Shown: piece by piece, positions 29,007-44,157 of the stretch
Layout of the letters: every line of letters starts with the position of its first letter
Numbering within the stretch: position 1 is the first letter of the stretch
Assembly: GCF_009914755.1 (NCBI RefSeq)
Contig: NC_060947.1
DNA: 64,000 nt
Reading direction: 5' to 3' (one strand)
From: the human T2T-CHM13v2.0 reference genome, Homo sapiens
The notes under the pieces: generated by a model
Seen by the model: only the letters and a program-made list of their open reading frames with translations
Databases searched by the model: none
What the model was told of the DNA's origin: nothing
Made by a program: the position numbers and the translations under genes

Positions 29007-30151
29007 CACAGCTAAACTGCATGAAGAGATACAGTCTTTGAAGATAAAACAAAACAATAATTTCAAGGTAATATCTTTCAAAGCCTGTACCAACCATACA
29101 TGTGTGTGCAGTGCATGTGTGTGTGTGTGTGTTTTAGCATAAAGATCTCCCAAGGTTTCTTTTTCATGAAACATGTCCGTGCTGCCTTACTCTGAGTTCA
29201 GCATTAAAGGGGACCAGTTGAATGGAAGACATTACCCTGACAGCTACCTTTTGCTGTAAAACACACCCCCCAGTCCAGACCACAAACAAGCTCCTTTCAT
29301 AGCCATCTGCCAGGTGTGTTTGTAGAACTGATATCTGTTGAAGCTTGGAGGTTTATATAGGCAACCTTAAAGTCTGGGATTCTACAACTTTATGATGATT
29401 CTTTCTCATTCTATCCCCTTCCAGTCTATGAGTCTGGGCATCCCAAATTTTCCCACTTCAGGCTTTCACTTGTTGGAAGCATCTACATCATCTTTGGATT
29501 CACTTCTATTTGTCCCATTTTAGTTCTGCAAAACCTTACAACAAGTATTCTTGAAGAAAAAATACCAGAATAGATCCTGCACAGATGAAAAGAATTAATT
29601 TAGCATTGTATATCTGTTACATGCAAGCTTGTATAGATTTAGGTATGTGTAACAGATATCTAAATGTCTGTTCAATTCTTGGTTTGGAGTTGCTAGTCCA
29701 TGATATTAAAGGTGAAAAAGGTCCTGTTCATTTTATAGATGAATTAAGTGCAGTGAAATGCTTACTTCAAGATCACATAGCCAATTGGAGGTAGAGCCAG
29801 GACTAGAATGCAGGCCTTCTTACACCTTACCAAATGCTGCTGTTGGCAGCAAAGAGACAAAGCTATCAGCATCGACGAAGCTGACCCCAGTGAACAGTGC
29901 TCCCTGTGGTTTTAGATAGTTCAACAAACCTCGTTCAGCTCAGCAAACAAGAAACTAAACTTCATGACATCCTTAGTTTTGCTCTGTGCCTGGCTGCCTA
30001 GACCTACCAATCATGATTTCCAGGGGATTCCAACTCCATGATATCTCTTACATTCATCAATTTTCTTCCAACTTCCACAGAAATTGCTGTGGTTCAGACG
30101 AGTCATCTAGAAGAAACCCTGTTGCAAGTTCTATACAGCACACATGTGCCA

Positions 30152-30196
30152 ACACACACACACAGAGACACACACACACACATGCTTGCATGTACA

Positions 30197-30227
<31 letters not shown>
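30152..30227. repeat. (CA)n interrupted microsatellite
   Basis: Directly visible. Confidence 0.95.
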
Positions 30228-31589
30228 TACCCATAAGTATATGTAAAGAGAACGGCGGGTATTATATCCCAAGCATGCCAAAAACAGTAGGCCCAGTGTG
30301 TATGACTGTTGTGCTTTTTTGGGGGGTAAGCTGTGATTCACAATGAATTCCATTTCAGAATGATAATTTTAAGGGCTGGCACAGGATCTCTTTAGCTATA
30401 TATGTATACATTGTATATCTGTACATGAGAGAGCCACTTGCTATTTTTAAGAATATTGTTTTCTCGCTTCTTAAAACAAAGTATTATTTTTAAATTACAG
30501 AAGAAACACTATTTATTAAGATTTGAAAGGTATACATCCTATAACCCAGTAATCTCACTTCTAAAGTGGATACATGGACCCAAGGAAGTTTGTACAAAGA
30601 TATTCATAGCAGCATTGTTTTGTAAGAGTGGAACAGTAGAAACTACCTAAATGTTCATCAATAGGAAAATGAATAAACTGTGTCCTATCCATACTGTAGA
30701 TACAGTATGGCAGCTAAACTCAACAAGGTGAGTCTGTATATACTGACATGAAAAAAAATCCCCAAGGCATACTGTTCCATAAAAAGAGCAGTCTGCAGAA
30801 TCATATATATTATTTACAATAAAAAATACATTCATTTATTCATGTAAATGTGCAGAAAAGCCTGGAATCTTATACATCAAAATGACAGTATATTTTACCT
30901 CATGGGAGTACATGGGAAGGTGGGGGACAAAGAGAAGACAAGATGAAGGGCAAGGGGCATTTTAGGCTTTTGTTATATCATGATGTTTTGGCTGAAAAAC
31001 AATATCATGTATTGTGGTAATTTAAATTAAGTACTAAAAATTAATATGTAATTGTTTAACTATTTCAAATCATATAATACATAAAATAAAAAGTGATATT
31101 TCATCTTTACTTTTCCATAATTTATTTATCCCTTCCCCTTTTGGTGGACACTTTAAAGTTGTTTTCATTTTTTAAATTTGTTATTACAAAGAAAATTCTT
31201 CTTTGCTTTTTTTCTTTTTCTCACTCATGTTATTATTTCTGTAGTATAGATCTCTAATACTCTGGTCATGGAACATAAGCACTTAAAAATTTGACAGATG
31301 CTGCCAAATTGCCCTCTAGAAAGACTACGCTAATGATTCATAGAACATTAGTTCTGTCCATGTAAACTCCCTAGTTTACATTACCAAGCTTGCTACAATA
31401 GCAGTTGCACCCAGACGTTCTGATGGGGCCTCAAGTCCAGATGATAGCTGGCTTCATTTCCTTCCCTTTGTCGGTTGACCATTGGTGGAAAAAGTGCAAT
31501 GTCTGACCAGATGGCCCAATCAATAGAGGGAGCTGGGGTAGAGTGAGAGGGGCTACTAGAAGACTAAATCTGCAGGAGCTATGAAACGC

Positions 31590-32240
31590 CGACAAATTAA
31601 TGACCCATGGGCTACATGTGACCCACAGACATGTTTCTTTTGGCCTGTATAATGTTGGGCTACAGAGTGTGTAAAAAAATATGACTCAGTGGTAAGCATT
31701 AAAGGAACAGTGCTTAATCCCCAACTTGTGATGTTTTCTTTCAGGTCGTTCTCTATGTACAGATTTATCAATTCATATAAAACCCCTGATATTTCTTTAT
31801 TTCCTCACTCCTTCCATGAGAGGTAAAATGGCTCCTTTTTCCCTTTTTCTTTGTAGCTGGTTCACCAGCAGAGCACGTTTCTGCCTTCAACTGGGCAATA
31901 ATTCAAATTCTGGAGTTTAACATTAGAAAGACTAGCTGCCCTGAGATAAGTTCCATTCTGGAACAGAAAGGTAATATTTTTATTTGAAGCTATCTTTATC
32001 TTTGTCTCCCAATTGATTCAGAATTAAACTAGGAAAGAGATGTACTATTGATTGGACCTCCTTAAACCCAAACACCATGTTCTAAAATATGGAAATTTTG
32101 AAATTGAGAGATTGTGCATCATAATTGATATTTCTGGATTTTTTGAAAAAACTGGAAGATTAACCCTGAGCCCTTGTTTCTAAATTGTGTGCTATCCAAC
32201 TTATCACAGTCCTTACTATTCCCTATTATCTGATACCTAG
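31590..32240. mobile_element. Charlie8/MER102-like hAT terminal fragments
   Basis: ccatgggctacatgtgacccacagacatgtttc...; aaattgagagatt...tttgaaaaaactggaagat resemble MER102/Charlie8. Confidence 0.5.
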
Positions 32241-32282
32241 AATGAGAGACCACTGACATTGAGCCTCATGTGATAATAAAAT

Positions 32283-32765
32283 TGTAGTAGACAGAGTAAT
32301 ACACCCCCCACCATCACAAAGATGTCCACATTCTAATCCTCAGAACCTGTCAATATGTTCATGGCAAAAGGGATTTTGCAGGTGTGATTAAGTATAGGGA
32401 CAATATCTGGGGTGGGCCCAATATAATCACGAGGTTCCTAATAAGGGAAATATGAAAACAAGAGGCTCAGAGTCAGAAATGATGGAAGCAGAGGTCAGAA
32501 AGGAACGGGATTTGAAGATACTACACTGCTACCTTTGAGGGTGCTAGAAGGAATCACTAGCCAAGGAATTTAAGTAGCCTCTAGAAAGTAGAAAAGGCAA
32601 GAAAAAGGATTCTCTCCTAGAAGCTCCAGAAAGGACACATCTCTGCTTATACCTTGATTTTAGATCAGTAAGACCATTTTGAACTTCTGGCTTCCAGAAC
32701 TGTAAGTGAATAAATTTGTGTTGTTTTAGACCACCAAGTTTAAGTGGCAATCGGAAACCAATACA
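32283..32765 (+). mobile_element. MLT1C/D MaLR LTR
   Basis: tgtagtagacagagtaat...aaagatgtccacattctaatc...ccagaactgtaag...aatcggaaaccaataca. Confidence 0.8.
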
Positions 32766-32877
32766 AAAGTTAAGGAGAAAGTCAAACACTTCTTATACTG
32801 GTACACCTATCACGAGAGGGAAAACAAATTAGATCAAGATGGCTATACATTTCAGTAATAATGTGAGAGAGTATTTC

Positions 32878-33174
32878 TTTGTTTTGTTTTGTTTTTAAGA
32901 GACAGTGTGTCACTCTGTCACCCAGGTTGCAGTGCAGTAGTGTCATTCACTCTAACTTCAAACTCCTGACTCAAGAAATCCTACTGCTTCAGCCTACCTA
33001 GTAGTTAGGACTACAGGTGCACACCACCACAGCCAGCTAACTTTTAAAATTTTTGTAGAAACCGTGTCTCACTATGTTGCCTAGACTGGTCTTGAGCTCC
33101 TGGCTCCAAGTGATCCTCAAGTCTCAGCCTCCCAAAGGGCTGGGATTACAGGCATGAGCTACCACTCCCAGCCT
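32878..33174 (-). mobile_element. AluJ
   Basis: Diverged antisense Alu. Confidence 0.85.
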
Positions 33175-34575
33175 ACATTGCTGATAGTTTAGCCAGCATC
33201 CAACACTCCCCTTACCTTTCATTAAAAGTACTCTGATTTTTGTTTAAGTATTTAATGCTCTCCCATATCTTTGATATACTTTAGGGAAAACTAATGCTTC
33301 TCTGGTCTAAATGTGATTCTATCCTTGCTACAATGAATCATTCAGGAGCCCAAATTTAAGAAAGTCAATGAATAGAATTTCCAGATTAAGAGATTGGCTC
33401 AATATTGGGTATGTGGCTTAATTTTGTTTTTTTTTCTTCCTGTATTCTTTCTAGCTAGTGACCTAATTTTTACCAGTGCAAGTCTGTGAAATTGTTTCCT
33501 GTTTCTGTATTACAAACAACCTCAAAACGTAATGGATTGGCAGAAGTCAATTGGAAGATTCTTTTGCTCCACATGGTGTAACAGAGTTACTAATGTGCCT
33601 GCATTTAGCTAGGAGTTTGGCAGGAGGTAGAAATTCCAAAGGTGGCTTTTTATTCTTTGGAGTCCATCTTCAGATGACTTCTCTTCATTCAGTAGTCTAA
33701 CCTGAGCTTCTTTACGGTATGGTTAACAGATTCCAAGGAGGAGCATTCCAAGAGACAAGGATGCAAGAACACAAAGAGAAAAATACAATGTGTAAATAAA
33801 CTTTTGCTTTTTCATCATATGTCTCATTGGCCAAAGCAAGTCATATGTCCAAGTTCAGAGTCAATGAAGAAAGTGACTACACAAGGGCATGAATACCAGG
33901 AGAAGAGATTTATTGCAGGCCACTATCCACCACAGGAATGCTTAGCAGAGGTTTAAGGGAAAGAAATTTTCTTATTTTTAACTATTCAAATATATTTTCT
34001 TTCTTCCTCTATTCAATATGGTATACGAATGGGAAGCCTGGATCTGCTTTAGCCATTTTTGCACAATGATGAAAATCAGGCTAAGGATAAAGTCAACTAA
34101 CAGAGTAGGCTAGGCTAAGGATAAAGTCAACAAACAGTGGGACACAAATGAAGCAATCACAGAGAAACAGACCTTAGGCCACAGGATTAAGTCAACCTGA
34201 AATATGTTTTATTTCTGGACTTCCAAATAAGTTAATTAAAAGCATTCTAACTATACAGCAAGTGAATTCCATTACTGCATATTTAACATGCAAAAGATGT
34301 CTGTTGACAGAGTATAACTTAAAGTGCCATTATGAAACAAATCATAAGAACTATGATAGAAACATGGAAGTGTTTAATAATAAAAATAATAAACTAAAAA
34401 AAAAGAACTGAAATGTCAACAGTGTTTGCTTTGGAAAGCAAATTGGTGATGCTATTAGGAAGTACAGTTATTTATAAAGTAAAAAAAAAAAAATTGCTTG
34501 TGCAGGAAGCCCTTTTAGATACAGCATATATAGAGTTTGAGGTGGAGTCAGAAGGCCATTTAGAAGCCTCCATCT

Positions 34576-34861
34576 GGCCAGGCCTGATGACTCACACCTG
34601 TAATCCCAGCACTTTGGGGGACTGAGTGGGGCAGATCACTTGAGGTCAGGAGTTAGAGACCAGCCTGGCCAACGTGGTGAAACACTGTCTCTACTAAAAA
34701 TACAAAAAATAGCCCAGCGTGGTGGTGCGTGCCTGTAATCCCCACTACTCAGGAGGCTGAGGCAGGAGAATTATTGCTTGAACCTAGGAGGCAGAGGTTG
34801 CAGTGAGCTGAGATCGTGCCACTGTACTCCAGCCTGGGCAACAGAGCGAGACTCCATCTCA

Positions 34862-34898
<37 letters not shown>

Positions 34899-34905
34899 GT
34901 AATAA
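34576..34905 (+). mobile_element. AluS with (TAA)n tail
   Basis: Full Alu with long (AAT)n tail. Confidence 0.92.
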
Positions 34906-34909
34906 TGGT

Positions 34910-35097
34910 GGCCAGGTGTGGTGGCTCACGCCTGTAATCCCAGCACTTTAGGAGGCCAAGGCAGGCGGATCACCTGAGGTCAGAAGTTCAAGACCAGCCT
35001 GGCCAACATGGTGAAACCTTGTCTCTACTAAAAATACAAAAATTAGCAGGGCATGGTGGCAGGTGCCTATAATCACAGCTACTTGGGAGGCTGAGGC
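34910..35097 (+). mobile_element. AluS truncated in right arm
   Basis: Ends at gggaggctgaggc and joins L1 directly. Confidence 0.9.
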
Positions 35098-35352
35098 CAA
35101 ACACCGCATGTTCTCACTCATAAGTGGGAGTTGAACAATGAGAACATATGGGCACAGGGAGGGGAACATCACACACCGGGGCCTGTCGGGAGGTAGAGGG
35201 ATAGGGTAGGGATAGCATTAGGAGAAATACCTAATGTAGATGACGGGTTGATGGGTGCAGCAAACCACAATGGCACATGTATACCTATGTAACAAACCTG
35301 CACATTCTGCACATGTATCCCAGAACTTAAAGTATAATAAAAAATAAAATAA
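35098..35352 (+). mobile_element. L1PA 3' end
   Basis: caaacaccgcatgttctcactcataagtgggag...cagaacttaaagtataataaaaaa. Confidence 0.92.
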
Positions 35353-36419
35353 ATTTTTAAAAAAATCTCTGGACACATGTTTCTCTTCTGACATTATAGG
35401 CTCTGAAGTAAGAACCACAGTCGTCATACAAACCTGGGGAGTGTTGCGCAGGCATTTCCTTCCTACTCACGGCTGTGCCGTCAGTGCATTATTAATCAAA
35501 GCTTGTTCAATCAACACTCTCTCCTGCCAACCTGTTCAACACAATCTGACATTTGCTAAATGTGCTTCAAAGAAAAAAGAAGGAAAACACATGGCAAAAT
35601 ATATGAAAAATATTTAACTTCACTAGTAACAGTAGTAATCAGAGAAATGCAACTATAGCAAGATACCTATCAAATTGGCAACAATGAAAAAGTATAGCAA
35701 TACCATTTTGGTAAATATATGGAGAAATAGTACCTTCTAGAGGGAATGTAAAATGATGCAACAACTTCAGAGGGTACTTTGGCATTACACTGCATTTAAT
35801 AAAGAATGAGATAGCTATAGATGTTGATTTAGCAATATCTAGCTACGTACTCTAGAGAAATCCATATATGTGCACAAGAAGACTTGTCCAAAAATGACTA
35901 GTGCAGCATGGTCAATAGTAATAAGCAACATAAATGTCCCTCTGCAGGAGAATGGATGAATGGATGCACTGGAATATTATACCTCAGTTAAAATGAATGA
36001 CATAGAGTATATGTATCAACATGACTAAATCTTTAAATTACAATGTGCAGTAAGAAAAACAAGTTGCAGAATAATATACAATGCATAGTAATACATAAAA
36101 ATAATACTCTTTTTATGAAGTATGGCAACATACCAAACAATACCATACATTTTTTCTTGGTACCTACAAAATTGTAATAGTAAAAAAACATGCAAAGGAA
36201 TGCTAAGCATCACATTGATGGCAGTGAACACCTCTGGAAAAGAGCAGCTAGAAATGAAAATTGGGGCATGAAGAGATCTTCATCCGGATCTGTAATGTTT
36301 ATCTTATATTTTAGAAAGAGAAATTAATAAAAATAAATAGGGCAAAATGTTAACGTTTGGTGAAACTGGCTGGAGGATTGTTTTTAAAAAAGAACAAAAC
36401 AAAACCTCGAGGAGTAATC

Positions 36420-36800
36420 TGGCCTAGAAACTCCTTCTAGGATTGACAGTGATAAATTGATCCACGTTCCTCAAATGGTGGATAGTTGAAAACTGAATTT
36501 GAAAACGTGCTTTCTGATTATTTTAGATACATCATACTCTATCACCAATGATAGAGTGAATAAAGAGCAACAGATAAAATCCATGAAATGCAGTGTTGAA
36601 AATTAAAGATGATGACAGCAAGCAATCAGAATGCTAGAAATGCCTCAGAAGAAGTTATCCTGGGCCATTTCGCAAATTTTTATTCATGTTTGGAAGTAAC
36701 TACATTTGTGAACAGCTGTTTCTTCAGGACAAAACTAAGAACTGAATAGAACTATGTAATGCTCCCAGTTAAAGAAATCTAGGCTAAATTCTTTACTGCA
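36420..36800 (+). mobile_element. Degenerate hAT (Charlie8-like) transposase fragment
   Basis: Translates ...FLFMFGSNYICEQLFS (36677-36724) and LKTEFENVLSD upstream. Confidence 0.65.
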
Positions 36801-37780
36801 CATCACAAAGAGAAATAAAAGACCTTGACATTGACATCTTGGGCCTGAAGAAAAATGTTGTTAGACTCACATGAAAGGATTAGAACATTACAAAAGCAAA
36901 ACTAAAATTTTCCTGTTTCTATTGGTTTTTAAATTTCAAATTTAAAACATAATTTCCAGTGTTGTACAAATTATTAATACTGACATCAAAGCTTAAAAAA
37001 TAAAGCTCAATTCTATTCACAGCAGCTGATTTTTCTAATACCGTATATGTTACCTACCTGCTCTCTGATGGCACACCCTTCCCCCTGCAATATGGCTTGG
37101 CTGTTCTGGCATCTCACTTTATCTTTCATTATGTCTCTACCCAGGGTTGTATCAAGGAGGGTAGTCAGAATGGTCCTCCCTGGGTATAAGCAATAAGAGG
37201 GTGCATTGTCCTTTAAATTTAAAGGAAATTTAAAGACAATAATAAAACTAACCAAAAGTTGATCTGCTTTTAAAATGTTTTTTGTATGAAATTATCTTTA
37301 TCTCACCTTCATTTTTAATTGAAATCTGTATTGATAAATAGACTTTATGAAATTGTAAGAAATAATAGGGAGAGATCCTATGTATTCGTTTCCCAGTTCC
37401 TCCAGTGGTTAACATTTTGCAAAACTGGAGCACAATGTCACAGCCAGGATATTGGCATTGATAAGATTTGATTTTAGTCAGATTTCCCAGTTTTACTTGT
37501 ACTCATTTGTGTGTGTATTTAGTTCTACACAATTTTATGACATCTAGGTTTGTGTATCCACCACCACAGCCAAGATACTGAACAGGTCCAGCAAAAGGAT
37601 TCCTTGTGTTGCCCTTTTATAACCATACCGAATTCTCTCCTGCCTCCTGATGGAGGAGGTTCCTCTCCCTTCACCATCTCTGTCCTCTGACATCCACTAA
37701 TCTGTTCTCCATTTTTTAACTATTGTTTAAAAATTTTTATATAGATTAAATCATACAGTATGCATTCTTCTGAGATTGGC

Positions 37781-38082
37781 TTTTTTTTTTTTTTTGAGAC
37801 AAGTTCTCACTCTATCTTTCAGACTAGAGTGCAGTGTCATGATCACAGCTCACTGCAGCCTGGACCTCCTGGTCTCAGGCGATCCTCCTGCCTCAGCCTT
37901 CGAAGTAGGTGAGGCACAGGTTCACACCACCACACTGGCCACTTTTTTAATTTATTTTTTTGGTAGAGATGGGGTTCTGCTTATGATGCGCAGGCTGGTC
38001 TCAAACTCCTGGGTTCAAGTGATCCTCCTGCCTTGGCCTCCCAAAGTGCTGGAATTACAGGCCTGAGTTGCTGCACCCAGCT
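37781..38082 (-). mobile_element. AluJ inside an old L1M
   Basis: Antisense Alu; TSD tgagattggctttt. Confidence 0.88.
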
Positions 38083-39283
38083 GAGATTGGCTTTTCTACT
38101 TAGTATAATTCCCCAGAGATTTATGCTATTTTTTTTTTTTTTTTTTTTTTGCACGTATCAGTAGGTTTTTGTTTTTGTTTTGTAATATTCTATGTATGTA
38201 CCACAGTTTGTTAAGCCATTCACCCAATGAAGGATATCTGAGTGGTTTCTAGATTATTGCTATTACTTATAAAGCTGTTATGAACACTCATGTCTAGGTT
38301 ACTGATCTGATTTTTTATCACCTGGAAATTCTGTCATTTACTGGAGTAGACTATTCCCATCAACCTGTTTCCTGCCTAGTACATCATGCTCTCTGCCACA
38401 ATTGCTGCTGATACCATTATCAGTACTGCTGCTGGTGTTAGTAGTATTGAAGCTTGGACAGTCTTCCCTGGATTGGAGAGTGGTAGAGAGACGAGAGGGC
38501 ATCTGTAGCCGCAGCTCTGACATTAAGAAAACGTGGGCTAATCCTTAACCAGACCCAAGTGTTTCTGCTTCTCTCTTCATCTGCCCTCTTCTCCGCCTGT
38601 TAACTAATACTCTGCTTATTTTCTAATCCAAAATTCAGAGGGAACTAGTTTGCTTGGCTTAGCTAATGTGCCAGCCGCCTTATGGGCTTAAAATCCGTCT
38701 ATGGATGAATCATCACTGGGTCAGGTGCTCATGCCTAATGCAATATGTACTCACTCCTAAATACAGCATCTATTTCCCCAAGCTGAAGGGCAGGATTATT
38801 TGATCTGTGGGCTATGCAATTTCTGCTAACAGGAGGTATTGAGTAGGCCATGACTGCAATGTCCAGCAAGCATGGAAAATTCTCTAGGTAAACTAGAAGC
38901 CCATCTTAATCATAAAGTAAGCCAAAAATAATAAAACACCCACAAAGTGTTGAATTTTTATAATAATGTTCTTCAAAAAATATGGTTGTAAAATAAACCC
39001 CAAGATAAGAAGATAAAAAATAATCTGTAATCCAGTGAAAAGTTAGGTGATGCGCATCAGAAAGGAATAATCTAGTTTTGGAAAAACTGATTTATAGCCC
39101 TTCTTTCTTATAATAAAGAGATCACAAGTTTGGTTTACTGATAAGGTTCCTCTGAGTCCAACATGATAAAATCATAATAGGTAAATGTGTTTTGTGTTCG
39201 ATTGTTTATAACAATTAAAACAAAGGCCCAAATCATTAAGGTATAATTTTTAAAGTGACCACACAATATATCTTACTCTAATG

Positions 39284-39468
39284 TAGGGGTTGGTAAACTC
39301 TAACCAGCCTGCTACCTATTTTTATATGTAAAGTTTTATTGGAATACAGTCATACCCATCCATTTACTTGTCGACAGCTGCTTTTACACTACAGTGACAT
39401 ACTTGAGTAGTTGCAAAAGCAAAGCCTCGAATATTTACTAGCTGGCCCTTTACAAAAGAAGTTTGCTT
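39284..39468. mobile_element. MER58A-like hAT
   Basis: ggggttggtaaact...aaagttttattggaatacag...ggccctttacaaaagaagtttgc. Confidence 0.7.
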
Positions 39469-39773
39469 TGTTTAATTACCAATAACCCATTATACCAATC
39501 CTGATCATTTTTGGTGGTATTCTGTATGAGCATTAGCTGCAAAAGCCCATGTTAATTCATGCAACTTAACCCATATCAAATTCCTAGCCTACAAAATTAG
39601 AGGTTATAGAAGGGTCAGTACATGCCACAATCTAATCATTTTCAAAGAGATTTTCTCCATAAGGCCTTATAAGAAATAAAAATAAATTGACAGAATTTTC
39701 ATTAAATAATACTTCCTCATATAAAACTCTGCCCTGAGAAATCTAGATTGAAATATCTCAAGTTAAAGCTGGT

Positions 39774-40135
39774 TGTTATGGTCTAAATGTTTGTGGCTCA
39801 CCCAAAGTCATGTCGAAACCTAAATACCAATGTGATGGTGTTGGGAGGTGGGGCCTTTGGTAGGTGATTAAGTTATGAGTATGGAACCCTCATGATTGGG
39901 ATTAGTGCCCTTACAAGAGAGACTCCAGAGAGCTGCCTTGCTCCTTCCACCTTGTGAGGACACAGCTAGAAGCTGTCGTCTATGAAGGGGAAGCAGGCTC
40001 TCAATAGACACTGAATCTGTCAGTGCCTTGATCTTGGACTTCTCAACCTCCAGAACTGTGAGAAATAAATTCCTATTGTTTATAAGCCACCCAGTTTATG
40101 GTATTTTGTTATAGAAGCCCAAACAGACTAAGACA
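39774..40135 (+). mobile_element. MLT1A MaLR LTR
   Basis: tgttatggtctaaatgtttgt...ccagaactgtgagaaataaattc...cagactaagaca. Confidence 0.85.
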
Positions 40136-40629
40136 ATGGCATTCATGAAAAATGTATCTAAAATGATAAAGCATTCAATAAAATTAAAAGGTATGCATTT
40201 GCCATAAAGTTGAATATTTATTACTAGATAAGCCCAGGCATCAAATTCCCTGACCTAGTTGGGGGTAGCTGTGAAGGAACTTTCTGATATGGTTCTCATC
40301 TTTTAAGGATCCCAGAATAGGGGTGGTTGCCCACATTTTGTCTCCCATAGGGTCAATATATATCATACTAGCAGTCCTGCAAGTGTCTGTACAGGATACT
40401 AGCTTTAATCTTGAGCTCCTCAGAAGACATTTGGGGAAAGGATATTCTTCATGAAGCAATAGGGGCCATTTCTATCTAGACCTGAATTGTCAATACATCA
40501 TATATATCCAAGAATGCTGTGGAATGATATTCAGTGGGACCACAGGGAGAATTACAGTTTGCAACTAGACAAAGTGGGCTAGAGTCTCCTAAACTACTGA
40601 TGTTAAGGCATATTGATGATAGTCATCTA

Positions 40630-40986
<357 letters not shown>

Positions 40987-41077
40987 TTAACTTTAGAGAA
41001 TTACTTGACATTAAATCCTCTTTAACCACAAATATAGCTCCACCTTCTAGGTTATAAAACAAATGCCCCTTGGGTAG

Positions 41078-41541
<464 letters not shown>

Positions 41542-41922
41542 TGAAAATATAATCCTGGACGTCTTAAGATTAAAGAATGTGATGATGAAAGCAGGTAACA
41601 CTCAACTTGGAAAGAAGAGCAGAAAAGTACTTTCACTAGAGAAATCGTAATGAGAGGTTGCCATCATTTAGGCAGCATGTGGGTACTTTACAAACATAAA
41701 ATTAGAGCGTTACAAAAATCCTTTGAATTCCCTAATTTTACAAACTTAAAGTCCTTAATTAAAAACAACAACACAATTGCAAGTTGACAAATAAGACAAA
41801 ATCCCTTGCAAAAAATAATCATTAAAAACTAGTAGTTACAGAATATATTTTTACACTGATTTTTGAAAATGAAATTTTGTGTTAAAATCATAAAATAAAA
41901 AGCATAAAATAGAAGCTATTAA

Positions 41923-42340
<418 letters not shown>

Positions 42341-42419
42341 ATTTCTTCTATTTAGAATTTCTAAGAGCAAGCAGAATGTCATTTCTCTAACTATTAAATG
42401 ATTATCCAGAAGCAAAAGT

Positions 42420-44157
42420 ACAGCACAGGAAGATAATATTTATTATATTTTAACTAGAAACAGAGCAGATAGCAAGTTCACCAGGTAAAAATTTTTTTTC
42501 TTAAATTATGCTTAAACAACAATAATAAAAAACAAGTCTGCATGTATATTTTGGTCACTATTATGATCTTCCAGGGCACAAAAGCCAGCAGCATAAAGAA
42601 ACATGAATAATGACTGAGAATTTTTGATGTGCCAAAAACAAAGATCACTGCATTAAACTCCTTTATTTTGTTAATATTATTCTTAAACATTGAACAATTA
42701 TTAATTATTGTTATTTGGCAAAATATCAAACATGCACATAGTATTCCTACAAGAATATTGCCTTAATATTGTCAATATTAACGCTAAGCTTATTCCTCTC
42801 CAAAATTCAATGAGTTATGGTTCCGCTCTCTATATGTATTAGTGTTAGTGGTAATATGCAAAACTGATTTTGTTTTCAGGGTTAAGTAGCAGATTGACTT
42901 CGCATTTGGTGGCCAGCTGTGTACCCTAATTTTTCATCTATTTTCTTAATAAATTTAATTACATTTCATAAGCCCTGAGATAACGTGCTAAGGATTGTAT
43001 ACTTTTAATCTATACTTTATTCCACTCAATTTGAACCCCACATAATAAGTCTTTTAAGTTATTTACAGATGGTTGTAACTAAAGCAATGACAAAATTTAC
43101 TACTTGTATAGGTAAGACTGATAATAAGGCCTTTAACTAAGAGTTGCATATTTTATATGCACTTTTAACTTGCTAGGAGCAACTCTTAAAATTACATCTA
43201 TAATTCTGTCAGAAAGCAATAAGTGCTTTTCATTTTGCTTACTTCCATATGTGTAACCAGATTCACTTTTTTCCTCCCTTGTAAAACAACTACTTTCTTT
43301 TCCTTCCCCAAATATTAATACGTCTTCCAACTGAACAATTGCTAAAAGGAACTTAGCATTTGCACAGCACATTGACAACTATGGTGCTTAGCAGAGACAT
43401 ATGCCCATAATAGGCATCTGATAAATGTTTGTTCCACATGGAATGAGTGAATTGTAAGGCAGCTGTTTGAGTCATACACTGTTCATCATATACTGCAACT
43501 AATTTTATTTAACTAGGAAATTCAGTTTACCAGATTTAATTTACCCTCAAGTGTAAATCCAAAAATTTGAAATTAAAAAAAATTGATTTACTAATCCTCA
43601 GAAAAAGTAAACAAGTTAATCATAGTTGTTACTATACTATTAGTTGATAGAAAATTAAAAAAATTATTACTTTCCACTAAATATTAAGTACAACTGAGGG
43701 GAAGAAAGTTTAAAAAAACTTAAAAATGTTAGCTAATTCTCATCATTTTCTCCACATTTATCCTTGCAGCTTTTTTGTTCATATATTTATTCCTGTTAAC
43801 TTCTCTAGCTGAAAGAGAATTTTATTATCTGAATGGAGTTCCCCATCACCTTAGGTACAAAATATTAGTGAAAAGCTGGTGTAAATATAAGATTGTATTT
43901 TCATGTCATGCCATATTTCTAAATTTATTTTTTGCTAGCATTAAATTTTTCCTATTTAAACGATGCTGTATAGAATATGAGCTAATCTGCCAATTACTAT
44001 GATATTGCTTGCTTATAATATTCAGTTTTTGTTGATAGCTTTAAAGCATATTGCACGCTTTTCATCTAGCACACTAGTAAACAACTATTACTCTTTTTGG
44101 AAAGGATACACTGACAAATTCTTAAGTTAATGGCTTTAGCCCAACATTTTTAGTCAG
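42420..44157 (-). other. DYNLT3: DYNLT3 3'UTR (end approximate)
   Basis: AT-rich stretch without recognisable repeats after the stop, ending near AATAAA just before an Alu. Confidence 0.75.
42439..42444 (-). terminator. DYNLT3 polyadenylation signal (AATAAA)
   Basis: TTTATT on + strand; another at 42662-42667. Confidence 0.65.

Noticed and set aside
29986-30353. HT/CV-repeat ORFs (also 5118 and 44150-44441)
   Set aside because: Translations of (CA)n/(GT)n microsatellites
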